Positions 24,535-36,441 of a stretch of 64,000 nt of DNA are shown here, in pieces. A program made the translations under genes and the position numbers. Under the pieces are notes generated by a model, which saw only the letters and a program-made list of their open reading frames with translations, did not search any database and had not been told where the DNA came from. The DNA is from Lepidodermella squamata (lineage: Eukaryota; Animalia; Gastrotricha): contig JBLDXI010000019.1 of NCBI GenBank assembly GCA_047495785.1, forward strand, positions 1,612,001 to 1,676,000. The letters run 5' to 3'. Positions within the stretch are counted from its first letter, which is position 1; each line of letters opens with the position of its first letter.

Positions 24535-25266
24535 ATGCACGACAATTCCATGAATAGCTTGAAAAATTTGGGCAAATCAATTCTCCGGAAAATACCCCGG
24601 GTCGAACTCATCCGTCGGCCTCAGAGAACTTCACCGAATGCATCACGGCAGAACTCGGCAGAAAAACCAAGTCTCGTGCCACCTATCGTGTTATTCTGCA
24701 TCGAAAAAATCGAGCAAATGTCGCCGAAAACGGGGCTATTAAGTGGCATCTACCGGCGGCATGGAACTTGGGACACGGTTGAAAGGCTGCGGGAATTGGA
24801 GCAAATCCTATCACCCGCCGATTTTTACGACGAACTCGATAAGGTCAACGATCTTCAGTCAATAGCCGGGCTGCTGAAGCGGTATTTATATTCGACGAGA
24901 ACTGAGCCGGTTATTCCCGCTGAGCATTATCAAAAAATTGTTGGAGCAAACTCAGTGGCGGAGTTGAAGCGGATTTTCTGTGAAGATTTTACGCCTGAGC
25001 AGTACGCGATTAGCGAGGCGATTTTCAGCCACCTTGGCCGGTTGGCTGGGATGCCGGCGGCTGTTTCGATGACTTCGTTGCAGTTGGCTAGTTCTTGGGC
25101 GCCGATTTTGTTCTATGTCGCGGCGGCTGAGTGTGAATTGATGGCGCTACCAGAAGCTGTTACGGCGATTCAGCGGGAAATTAAAATTGTTGAGCTCATC
25201 ATCCGGCAATATAGTGATATATTTGATAGCAGCGAACCTCCTGCCTTTTCATTTTACGAAAAATAG
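24535..25266 (+). CDS. RhoGAP-domain protein (intronless)
   Basis: VPPIVLFCIEKIE..SGIYRRHG..IAGLLKRYL..EPVIP..FSHLGRL..MTSLQLASSWAP; AATAAA at ~25277. Confidence 0.8.
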   Translation: MHDNSMNSLKNLGKSILRKIPRVELIRRPQRTSPNASRQNSAEKPSLVPPIVLFCIEKIEQMSPKTGLLSGIYRRHGTWDTVERLRELEQILSPADFYDELDKVNDLQSIAGLLKRYLYSTRTEPVIPAEHYQKIVGANSVAELKRIFCEDFTPEQYAISEAIFSHLGRLAGMPAAVSMTSLQLASSWAPILFYVAAAECELMALPEAVTAIQREIKIVELIIRQYSDIFDSSEPPAFSFYEK

Positions 25267-26145
25267 CAATATTCAAATAAAATATTACATATGATACGAT
25301 ATTTTTGAGTACTTGAATGCTTTCGAAATTTCGAAATTTTTTTAGGGAAATTGATCTAACTTTTCGAAATTAAGCCCACACAAGGGAATCTTCCATCCTC
25401 TATCCATGATGTCACCGAAGAAATTAACCGAAGAAATTTTACCGGGGAAAACCCTGAAAATTTCCATGATAACCGGTTCGGTAATTTTTGGGCTTTACCT
25501 GGTTGAATCAAATTTCTTCGGATTTTTCAATCCCCTTCACAAGAGACATACTAGATCACCATTCTGATGGCATTTAGATTTTCGAAAGATTTTCTGGCCA
25601 TGAGATATGATTTCGCCTCTCATTTCAGAGTTTCTGGTCCCTTTTCCATGCATTTCCTTTGTTTGTGTTACTTATGGGACACGATGAGGCGGGACCTCCA
25701 ATAATTTCCGGACACATTGCTCCAACAAATTTCGCTAAAAACCCGACTATACTTCTCCATAAATTCCTCTGCTAAAAACGCAGAAACTATTCAAATTGCT
25801 GCGCCAGAATCAAATGCTCTGTAACCTTTTCAGATCGATAATGAGCTAAATCATCATCTGCCACATATAACAACCCACCTTTCTAGCCAAAAGTCAATAT
25901 GGGACATTTTGTATTAGGCGAAGGGTCCCTAAAATAATATCTTCTATATTACTCCAAACCCCAAACAGATGATAGCTTTGGTAGTATTTCTAGGTTAAAT
26001 CAGCATTCAAAATTTCAAAAAAATTCAGCAGGTGATACAATCCCAGTCTGAGGCAACATGAGGACATCTTGAGCAAAGATTGTCTCTACCGAAGGCGAGA
26101 ATCAACCATTCGTCACATAAATCGTGTAAGGTGTGCATTTTAGAA

Positions 26146-27585
26146 ATGCTGCTCCTCAAGGGTTCACTCTACTGGTATCTAACTATATTTGCCGGGACAA
26201 TCTTTGTCCTCAGCGAAGGCGTTCTTTCCGTTGATGTGCCAAAGTGTATGAAGCAAATGAACGACCAAGCGGCAAAGGACGCTACAAGTATGCTGTCGAG
26301 TTTGTCTGCTCTTGTTCCGACGCCGGGCCCGATTGGCGGCTTCATCAGTGCAGCTTTCGGATTTGCCTCGAACCTCTTAGACGGTCAACAGGAGCAAAGT
26401 TGCTACGATGAAATCATACGCTACGTCGACCAAGTTGTAGGCTCACGGAATACGAAAACCTTAGAGGAATTTCTGGCGGGTTTCGCGAACAGCGTTCAAA
26501 AGTTGAAGCTGGACAGATCGCACGAATGCAACGAAACATCTTACGACCCGCATTACGTCAATTCTGTAACTGGTCTCTACTATCAAATGAACGCACATCG
26601 TGAGCGATTCGTGCAAGCTCCAGAGGCTGCTAGCTTCTACCTGATTTCACCATTCGGTCAGCTTCAGTTGATGCTCGCCAGCGAGATAATCGCTACGACC
26701 GATAAATCGTCCGTCGCCAATACTTTTAAGAAGCACTTCGCTGACGATATCGAATTTTACTTCAGAAATGTGCCTAAGATCTTGGAAGATGTAGCTGAAA
26801 CTTCGGTTCATGGTCTGCAAGAGATCCAAGACCAGCGGGTGAAGTTCATGAGGCACGTGTCGCCCTGGTTAGACGTACTGGCTCGACTTTACAAACGGAA
26901 TGCGAACGCAAGTTTCACTATGGAGGACAGCGGGCGAAGTAAGTTGACGCATAACACTGGCGTTGCGCTCAAGTTCGGCGGCGATAAATGGTTCTCTTGC
27001 TGGGGAGCTGAACAGTACGATTTGAGGGTGAAGAAATGTAGCTTAGATGCATCCTGTCCGAGCAAAGGCCCGCGGTTGGGAGAAGTCTGGCCCGGAGCAG
27101 ATGTGACAAAGGCTGGCTGGAGATGCAGGGGCGAAATGTTTTGGATTCTGCATCATGACCTGTCGGCGTCTTCATCGTCCAGGGATTTGATTAAGGTTGG
27201 AGATCCTGTCAAGATCATGTTTGGCTCCGACAGGCAGGTTTATCGCGGCAACTTCATTTGGGGAACTGCTTGCTTCGTTCGCGAGAGCGCCTCTGGTAAT
27301 CAGGATAACTTGAAATGGTGGATTAAAGCATACGATTGGTATGGCAATTTGAAGAGCAAGGGTGCGCCTGTTTATGACCGAGACTTGATACTTCTCGAAA
27401 GAAATGAAACTCCAACTCCGAACACGGGAGAGTGCAAGGAACTGAGCGCCATTATTTTCGACACAAAGGTATCGATAGAGCCTGCGCCCGCGCCGTGCGA
27501 TATGGTTGGCGGATTCAGTAAGCATTACTTTTTTATCCAAATTACAGATAAGTCTAATAGTCAAAACCGTGACAATTTTCGTTAA
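26146..27585 (+). CDS. Secreted protein with Cry/delta-endotoxin-N-like helical region and Cys/Trp-rich C-terminal domain (candidate pore-forming toxin)
   Basis: Single exon. Signal peptide from M at 26146; hydrophobic hairpin LSSLSALVPTPGPIGGFISAAFGFASNLL; LISPFGQLQLMLASEI resembles Cry helix 5; C-terminal WFSC..C....CP..W.C.GE.FWI..IKVGDPV. The CDS itself is secure; the function is inferred. Confidence 0.6.
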   Translation: MLLLKGSLYWYLTIFAGTIFVLSEGVLSVDVPKCMKQMNDQAAKDATSMLSSLSALVPTPGPIGGFISAAFGFASNLLDGQQEQSCYDEIIRYVDQVVGSRNTKTLEEFLAGFANSVQKLKLDRSHECNETSYDPHYVNSVTGLYYQMNAHRERFVQAPEAASFYLISPFGQLQLMLASEIIATTDKSSVANTFKKHFADDIEFYFRNVPKILEDVAETSVHGLQEIQDQRVKFMRHVSPWLDVLARLYKRNANASFTMEDSGRSKLTHNTGVALKFGGDKWFSCWGAEQYDLRVKKCSLDASCPSKGPRLGEVWPGADVTKAGWRCRGEMFWILHHDLSASSSSRDLIKVGDPVKIMFGSDRQVYRGNFIWGTACFVRESASGNQDNLKWWIKAYDWYGNLKSKGAPVYDRDLILLERNETPTPNTGECKELSAIIFDTKVSIEPAPAPCDMVGGFSKHYFFIQITDKSNSQNRDNFR

Positions 27586-29152
27586 GTTCGCCAAATTTTG
27601 AGCTTTATCTGTTTTGGTAGCTGTATATTTTGCATGAACTGATCATGTTTCGATTTGCTCGTAGTCTGCCACGTCTAATAGCTTACCTATCTTAGTGATA
27701 TTTTGGGGATCGATTACAAACAATCTTGAACTGCTTTGCAAGGTCGTTTTTGCTCAATTGTTGTTTCATTTTCCTCTTTGTAATTGCAGGTCGCTGTTGC
27801 TCAGGGGCATGGATTTTCGATAATTGCAGTACCAAGTGCTATGACGAATGCTCGATTAGCAACGGTTGTTCTCGCGGGAGAGCTTGCTGATGGCTGATAC
27901 TGCTGATGTCTTTCGTGCGTCCGCAAAAGCTGGCGTGGTTCTTCTGCTCTCAATGACTGCATTTTAATAGCATGATTTTAGCTGTTTTTATTCAACCTAA
28001 TTAACGTGTACTGTCGATTTAATAGCTTTGGTTTCGAACTTGTGTATCCTACTTCTACTTTCATTGCATCATTCGTTACATCCTCCTCCAATTTATATTC
28101 AAACCCGCTTTTGATTGATTTTACCGCCTTCTTAGTTCTCCGAGGTGTACGCGGAAAATCTTGTTCATCCTCTAGTTAATTCTCGTTAATTTGTATTCAC
28201 CATTCGTTACACTTTTGGCTTACGTGTTTCGAAGTAAATTTGGGTTCGAAAACCTGTCAGGCCCAAGTGTTTTTTCTCTCAAACTAAATAGGGGCTAGTT
28301 CACGTAGTTGTGAACGTCCTTGTTTCAGCTGTTCTTTATTTATTGAGGGGAAACGTTAGTGCCGTGATCTTTGCTTCACCTGGTATCCGTTCCCATTTTT
28401 CTGTTCGGCTGAACACAACAGGTTGTTTCACGCACGTTGTAGGCATTTTCCTGATCCGCCAAAAGTGGTTGCCAGTTAAAAGCTTGCAGCGGAAAAGGTG
28501 TAAAAGCGGAAATATCTTCGAGCGGAAATAGACTTAAAAGCGGCGGAAACGTTGAAACCGTGGACATTTCACTAACGTGGCCGATTATTTATTTGGAGCG
28601 GAAATGATGTAGCAACACCAGGCTAGTATAAATATATTGAAGAGCAAAGGGCTTTTCGTTCAAGTTTAACCTGTATTTCAGGTAAGCAATGGGATCATCT
28701 CGAAGTTTCTCGCGACTCTTAAAGCAAGGAGCCTGTGCCAACAAAGGTTGTTTGTAATTCACGATGGCGTTAATGCAATATATAACCCAGGTGCCTGGAT
28801 TTTAAATTCAATAAAAAATGGCGTTGTATGAGTTCACGCTTTTCACAGCTGAGAACGTGTAGTCTACCACTTCTTGCGTTAGTATGATGCAATTTTGATT
28901 ATTTTGTTAGCTGCTGTTATGGCTATTTAGAGATTATTCATCGCAGAGGAGGCACATGAAGAGGTTTTAAAGGTATAAGCAGCCTCATACATGCACTCTC
29001 GCACTTGTAGTAAGAGGCCGAAAGAGACTTTATTCGTTCAGCAGAACAATAATATGTCATCCAATAATTGATCTTAAAAATCTCTCATCTTATCTAATAA
29101 TCCTTGACTATTCTATTTAGATTTTAAAGTTTAAATTCCAAGCTCTTAACAA

Positions 29153-29602
29153 ATGTCCGAAGTCGCCCCTGTTGGCCATCCAAATCGAAATTACTTGAAC
29201 TTCCGCGGCGCCTGGACTGTTTACCTACTCATCCTCACCGCTCTACACCTATGGCTAATGTCCTGCTTCGAATCCATGTCACCCGCTTGGGGCTGGACGA
29301 TGACGGTCGTGGCGCATAGCATCATAACATTCTTCATGTTCCACATCACAAAGGGCGTTCAATGGCTGCCGCTTTTCGACAAAAGCGACCGAGATTTGAC
29401 GGTTTGGGAACAACTCGACAACGGCACTCAGTGGACGCCGACGAAAAAATTCCTGACCACCGTTCCGGTTGCTCTGTTTTTCATCGCCAGTTTCTTCGGC
29501 GGAAATGACAATTTGCAGTTTTTACTCAATTTGAGCGCCCTGGGACTTGCGATTATCCCGAAACAGCCCCTAATGCATAAAGTTCGGTTATTCGAATCTT
29601 GA
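29153..29602 (+). CDS. ORMDL: ORM1-like protein (sphingolipid biosynthesis regulator)
   Basis: PNRNYLNFRGAW..FHITKG..LTVWEQLDNGTQWTPTKKFLTTVP..IIPKQPLMHKVRLF; 149 aa. Confidence 0.95.
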   Translation: MSEVAPVGHPNRNYLNFRGAWTVYLLILTALHLWLMSCFESMSPAWGWTMTVVAHSIITFFMFHITKGVQWLPLFDKSDRDLTVWEQLDNGTQWTPTKKFLTTVPVALFFIASFFGGNDNLQFLLNLSALGLAIIPKQPLMHKVRLFES

Positions 29603-29844
29603 ACATTGGCTTTGACACCGGTAATTTTCGCCTTTCATTGTGCAATGCTATAATTAAACTCGAACTTTGAATTGATCTGAAAATACATTAGTCGCAGTTA
29701 CGTGATGTTTTTCTTCTTCAATTTAATAACGCGTGACCTAGTTGTTTCATCTTGCCAGAATATGTAGGTCAGTGAGTTGAAAACTGGTTTATTATTGTAG
29801 GTCATCTACGTCAATGAGTGAATCACAAAATCGCGTGTTTTGTG

Positions 29845-31649
29845 TCAAATTGATCCTCTGTTTAGCGTTGACACGACCTCATCGTCGTGCGCCCAGTCTT
29901 GCGCCGTCCAGCCGAATTTATTGCGCGCCGTCGGGTTGGCGCCGTGTTTCATCAGAAATTCAACGATCGGCTTGTGGCCGTTCTCGGCGGCCCACATTAG
30001 CGGTGTGTACTCGGCGGCATCTGTCATGTTGACGTCGACTTTTTCGTGGAGTACCAACTGCTGGACGGCTTCGTAATTGCCGTCCTTAACGGCCTTAAAC
30101 ATGTCGTGCTTGTGGAGTTGATGGCGGAGTACCTGTAGAAAAATATGATTAATGCATATTTCATTTTAAAACGCGTTTACTTTTTCGAGTTCTCCTTCTT
30201 TAATTCGCTCTGACGGTTCGATGCAAAGCAAGCGACGGGGCAATAATCGTAATTCATTCGGATAATCACGAACTGCTGGAACAATCAGCTGAGCCAATGG
30301 CATTTGACTAATAAATTTTCGATAAAAGTCACAAAAAATCGATTAAAATTCAAACTCACTTTCCAATCATTTTTTGAACAGCTTTCGGGGTTCTACCTGG
30401 GAACTTGATAATTTCGCAAAAATTACAATAAAATTCTATAAATGGATTCAGTTTACCGGAACTTTCAAGCAGAGAAGTTCGAAAAGAACAACGCCCATCG
30501 ACCAAATATCGGACGCGGCGACGTAGCGGTCTGGCTCAGTGATGTGGATGTCCTTTTTAGATGGGAATCTGAACTCGCACATGATTTCGATCGGCATGTA
30601 AGGCCAGGAGTTCGGCGGGCTCAAGCAGCAGTGATGTGGCCCGGCGTTGAGGCGATTAATTGCCGTCCAAAATGCGCCTGGGTAACGCGAGGCATGTGAC
30701 CGGTTTTGAAACACCTTGGGACTGCCAACATCGCCGAGTTTCAGAACGTCGTTTTCGATGATAAAAATGTTCTAAAAATATTCGAATAAATTTCACTTAT
30801 AACTTGAATAATTTATTAAAATTTGTTTATTTAATTTAAATTTACTAAAAATTAATTAAAAATTCCACCTTAAATTTTCTTAATTGAAAAAATTACCTTG
30901 GGTCGAATGTCCCTGTGCAGGATCCCGTGAGAATGGAGGAATGAAACGGCCAAAGTCAGCTGATGCATGTAGCGTAGAATTTGGCGGTGCGAGAAAGCCC
31001 CTCGAAGCTCGAAATGCTTTTGAATCCTAGCGTTCAAACTGCCCTCTCGGAAATACTCGACCTCGAGAAATGGTTGAAGATGAACGGCAACTGCAAATTA
31101 AGAAATTGTTAATAAATTCCAGGATTTTTTGTGGGACTAACGTTTGAAGCTATCTTGAACTCCCGAACAAGCTCGGAATTTGATGAGATTTTGATGCTCG
31201 GGTAATTTTGTCAACCGCGTGACCTCGCTCATCGCATCGTTGACATCGACTGATCGACATATCGGCGACGCGACCTTGCGAATCGCCACGAATTTCCCAT
31301 CAGCAACACGCGGCACTTTGACCACCTCGTGGCAATTCGTACAACGACCCTTTCCCAGCAGCTGCTCGCGGCTCCAGTCGTAATCCGGGTGCAAGGGTAG
31401 CGGAGGAACAGGTGCTGTTTTAGGCCGAGTGGGCGTCGCAGGAGGCGCCGGTGATGCGGCTCTCATTTTCGGACTTTTCGGCGTTGACGGTCGCTTGTCC
31501 TTCAAGCTATTCGCAGACGACTTCCGAGGCATGGTTGGGGTATTTCTTCTGCTCTTAGGGGTGTCCAGAGGTGTCGTCGGCCGATCAGACCCGGGTGTCG
31601 CGGGTGGCTGGGTGACCTCAATTTTTATTGGCTCAGTGTTGGTCGCCAT
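29845..31649 (-). CDS. NEK-like kinase-like domain + ankyrin repeats, second family member
   Basis: 6 exons splice in frame: GKGRCTNCHEV..VAIRK..|..ILHRDIRPK|NIFI..LKLGDVG..YMPIE..SDIWSMG..VP|FPG..|..|..YTPLMWAAENGHKPIVEFLMKHGAN. Confidence 0.82.
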
Positions 31650-32784
31650 AATCAGTTTTTAACTCGTCGATTTATTTAATATAGAAAAGTTGCCTATGAC
31701 ATCTGCAAATAACCAGGTATTTTATATAACTTGAAGGCCCATTGATGGTTAGTGAAAGGTGGTCATTTATCGCGATCAAAGGTAGTCTTTTTACCTAACC
31801 CTGGCACGGCGCGTAAAAAATATATTCATTGATTTATTTTTGTCGCTTTTTATTATTTCGCGGCGCTTGATCAAAGGCGGCGCCGGATGTGTTCAACTTC
31901 TTCAGCTCTATGCGCCGAGTATAAAAAGTGTTATGAAGAATAAAAAAGGCGTCTTTGATTTACCAACATTGCGATCCTTAGTGCTAATAATGTTTCTTAG
32001 CAGGTAAAAGCGGAAATCGACTTCTTAACCACAGTCTGGGAGGATATAATTTCAATATCGAAAAATCGACCATTAGCAATCAAATAGTGGGAATTGTGAA
32101 AGTTGTAGCTGGTGTGCATGGAACATTGATTAATAAAAAAATGATTATAAATAAAATTGAATTTTTGCTAGGTAGCCGTAATGCATAAGCCTCATCGTAA
32201 TCCTCAATTATCTCGCTATTGTAGAAATTAGCTGCCGTTCAGTCGTGATCAGTGCTTGAAATAAAACGGATAAACATAGGTGCTACAATGGATTTGAGGT
32301 TGCTTCCGAATTTTGCGATGAATTTTCCCAAGTGGCAGACAATGATAATTTTGATCATATTGGCTTCCGATTGACTGCTTATATCGGAAAAATCATTGAT
32401 TTGGACAATCGATACTGAATATCGGCTCTCATTCCTCAAAATAATTCTGAAACTGACAGCTGATAGCTCAAAAAAATGTACTTATTATTCGTCTCTAATG
32501 AGTAAGAGTTCTCGAAAAACCTGTTTTCTCGCAAGTAACAAAAGTTGGAACCTTATATTTAGGTTGGCACTAGGCGATTATAATACTCAAAATTGAGGAA
32601 AAATTGGAAAAATCTCCGAAATACTCAAATTTCCCCATATTAATTCAATCGCGTAATGAGCCTAAATTTTTGTTTGCCATCGATAGTCGATCGCGTGTGG
32701 TCCAGACTGGGAAATGCCAAGGCCTTAGAACTATGAATGGCCGCTGTCAAATTAAAAATTCAAGCTCCAATAATGGTTGTATCG

Positions 32785-35700
32785 ATGAGTTTCAAATCTA
32801 TACTCTCGATATTTCTCCTGCTAGCTACTGATTTAGCGACCGGTATCGAAGACCATCATGAAGTTGCCTTTGACATCCACAACCTGTACACTGAAACTTC
32901 AAATCCATGCCTGTCGTGCATGGGCCGGCGAAATCACAAAGATCTATACGCTGATCCGGAAGATTGCCACGCCTACTACCACTGTTTATTCTTCAACTCG
33001 ACATCGGCAAGTGGCGTGAAACGGCGATGCCCAAGCGGCACATTCTGGCACGAAGAAATCCTACAATGCGCCCCGGAATCCGCTGAGACACCCTGCCAAG
33101 ATCGATGCCGCGATCACGTAATTGCCCAACTCGGCTGTTACTCGAACAACGATTCATGCTCAAGATTTTTTGTATGTTCAAACGGCATTTCTTACCAAAT
33201 GTGCTGCCCTGAAACTACGCGGTTCAACGCGTCGACTTGTCAATGCGATTCAGACCCGATTTGTCGCGACATTTGTCAACCGGTTGACACACCTGTCACG
33301 TCAACTGCAGCTCCGATTTCGAGCAATTCAACTTTTTGCGAGGATTCTTACGGGAATCTATTGAAAGCTGTACCGGATAAAGAAGCTGCTTTCATGGTTT
33401 TCGACCTGGCCTCGGGTGGGTCTTATGAGCTCGACTGTGCGCCAGGGACATTTTTTGACCTAATAACGTGCCGCTGTAATAATTTCATAGCCGATTACGC
33501 GACTGATTTATCGCCGCAAGATCGCCAGTGCTCGCTGTATCTGCCGTTCGATCAAAACACTGAAGATCAATCTATCCATCGATTTCAGGTCGATAGTTAC
33601 GGCTATACGGCTGTTAGTTATCACAACTACGCCAGGGGGAAAGGTTCGCTTTTTGTCGACGAAGGCTGGCTCGAGATTCCTGGGTTGAAAACGCTTGATT
33701 TCGGCAAATCAGCTAGTTGGTGCTTTTTCTACCGCTGCAACGAAGGCGTCGACCCGTTGGACCCGGCCAAGTGTTCGCGTTTCGCTGGAATTTTGAGCAA
33801 TAATAAAGACTTTCACAGCTCAGAATTTACGGTTGTTGTCGCAACGGCACCGGCGTCGAAGCTTGTGGCGACGTTGAAATTTCAAAATCAGCCGAAGAAT
33901 GAGACCAGTGTGGTGGCTAATGTTACTTCGCCAAGTGAACCGGAACAGTTCAATCAAGTTTGCGTGGTTTACGACGGAGTTGTTATCAATCTCTACTTGA
34001 ATAGTGTTCGTAAAAATGTATTAAAAAAATTAAAATTTAAGGCGGATTTTTCGCTTTGCCGCAGCAATAAGAGTAACTTGGACCAAACCATAATTTTCGA
34101 AAGTCGGACAAGGTGCATTCCACATATCCCTACATTTTTAGAGGATTTTTTTATATTATTTATTTCAAATTTTAAATAATGACTTTTGACCTTGATTTTT
34201 GAGGCTCATTTGCATATGCACGGCATTTTGGGGTCGAGACTCATCCGTAAAATTTCCATGAATATTCCATGTTTCCAACCTTGAAAAGCAATCAAATTTA
34301 AAGCATAAAGAGTCCAATGTTACCTTATCTAAAAATAGCCTACATTTCGGTATTAAATTCTTCAAATTATTCCAAGCCAATTATATTCTTTATTTCAATT
34401 AATTTATATTCCATTTAATTTTTTTTAATTTCAGGCTCTAGTGTCTTCGACTCCGACTTCAAACGGGTCTTTGAATATTGGCCACTGCCCTTACGCAATC
34501 GGCCTGGACCAATCGTACGGCACTTTTCAGGGTTTCATTGACGAAGTACTGATATGCCCTCAGGCTTTGACGAAAGAAGAGGTTCAGGCTCATTGGCAGG
34601 GCCGCGGTGCTATGTTTGCAGCCGGGTTAATCCCAGCCCCACCTCGATCGAGTTTGATGCTTTCCAGCCCTGGTAGCTACGTCGATGAAGCCTGGGCGAA
34701 ATTCAAAGCAGATTATGCGAGAAATTACGCCAACCCTGAGCAAGAAGACGAACATAAAGCTCTATTCATTAAACGGTTTAAAATGATAACAGAACACAAT
34801 TTACGGTTCAAACAAGGCCTGGAGCAGTATGAAATGAAAATTCACGAATCAATGGACCTGCCGTGGTCGAAGGTGGCGGCTGGGAAACTCGGCTTTGCCG
34901 CGGCTTCGGCGAAAAATCTGGCGAACGTCGGTAATAAGCCTAAAAAAGCTGTCGATGTTAATGGCAAATCGCTGCCGGCTAAAATTGATTGGCGCGAAAA
35001 GGGCTGTGTTAATGAGGTCAGAATGCAGGGTGAGTGCGGGGCGTGTTACAGCTTTGCGGCTACGTCAGCCATTGAAGGGCAATATTGCGCGAAATTTGGC
35101 AAACCTTTGAAGCCGTTATCGTCACAGCAACTTGTCGACTGCAGTCATGCGGAAGGAAACGCCGGGTTAGTCAAATTTTAATTAAATTATTTTAATTGAT
35201 TAATTTAATTTTTGACTATTTTATTCTATTTTTTTATTTCTGCTTACTTTTTTTTATTTAATTAAATCAATTTAAATTAATACTAATTTAACTAATTTTT
35301 CACTAATTTTAATCAATTTATTTTAATTTTTTCTAACCTCAGATGTTTGGGTGGCTTAATGGTTCAATCTTATGAGTACTACATGAGTAACAAGCGATTT
35401 CATTTCTGGGAAGAGTACCCTTACGTCGGATTCGGCGACGGGCAGTGCAAGGTGACTAATATGTTGACCAGCGTGCAAGTGCCGCTATCTATCGCCAGCT
35501 ACGTCACTGTTCCAGCTCAAGAAACCGAACTTCAAAAAGCAATCGCCCTCTACGGAACCGTAGCTTGTGCTGTTGATGTTAACGAGGCGTTTTTAGCGTA
35601 TTCCGGTGGGCTGTTTTACAGTCCGACTTGTACTAGCCAGGTGAATCATGCGATTGCAATTGTCGGATATGGCTGCACAAGAGGAAACAAAAATACGGTA

Positions 35701-36086
35701 TGATAAAATTAGTTAAAATTAAGGGTTTAATTATTTTTCAATTTTCCAGTGCTTTGGATCAAAATATTGGGTGAGTGATTGAAGCGATTAATATTCTTCG
35801 AAAATTTGGATTTTCCTTAAAGATCCTTCGGAACAGCTGGGGAGCTGTCTGGGGTGAAAATGGTGAGTTGGCTTCTTTCCAACTATTTTCTCATTTAATT
35901 TGATTAATTTTAAGGTTACATGAGAATTGCGAGAAATGTCAAAAGAACTTGTGGCGTTGAAACACTTTGCAGGTATAACCATTTATTAGCCGATTTCAAT
36001 GTCAAATCAGGTCAATTTTTTTCATCAGCTACGTTGTTATTGGCGACCCACAACCAACACAGGAAAACGTTAAACTTGAGGCCTGA
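32785..36086 (+). CDS. CBM14-LamG-I29-C1A fusion protease, copy A
   Basis: Approximate exons 32785-34005, 34435-35165, 35343-35697, 35750-35770, 35823-35862, 35914-35972, 36030-36086, all GT-AG and in frame. QGECGACYSF, NHA, RNSWG. Start could also be 32737 or 32773. Confidence 0.85.
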
Positions 36087-36272
36087 CACGCGCCGCATGA
36101 CCTATTTATTTTCAAATGATTTATTATTATTGTAATAAAATTACTGGGAGAAGCAGATTTATTTCGCCCGCTATTACCGCGTGTTGTGAAGACTTCAATT
36201 GTAAGACGTGCTCGTGTTACCGCGAAAATTTGTCGAATTGAAAACTTGAACCAGGCCAGCATTATTTCAGTT

Positions 36273-36299
36273 TCGCGTGCGAGGGAATTTTATCACGTG
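36273..36299. promoter_or_regulatory. Paired E-box-like motif (TCRCGTG x2) upstream of copy B
   Basis: tcgcgtg at 36273 and tcacgtg at 36293; equivalent pairs lie upstream of copies C and D. Confidence 0.4.
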
Positions 36300-36441
36300 T
36301 GCCTGGCTGCGGAATGACACGAGTCTGCGACACGAAATAATCTCCTGCGGTATCGTTATTTTACAAATTAAAGCTGCTATCGTAAACAGTTTCATTCTTA
36401 ATTTTGCTTGCAATGTTTTTTTACCTATAAGACAAAGCCGA

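Noticed and set aside
27690-28567. Possible multi-exon gene on the minus strand, head-to-head with ORMDL
   Set aside because: Splice-like sites exist but I could not build a consistent open frame or recognise a domain; unresolved.
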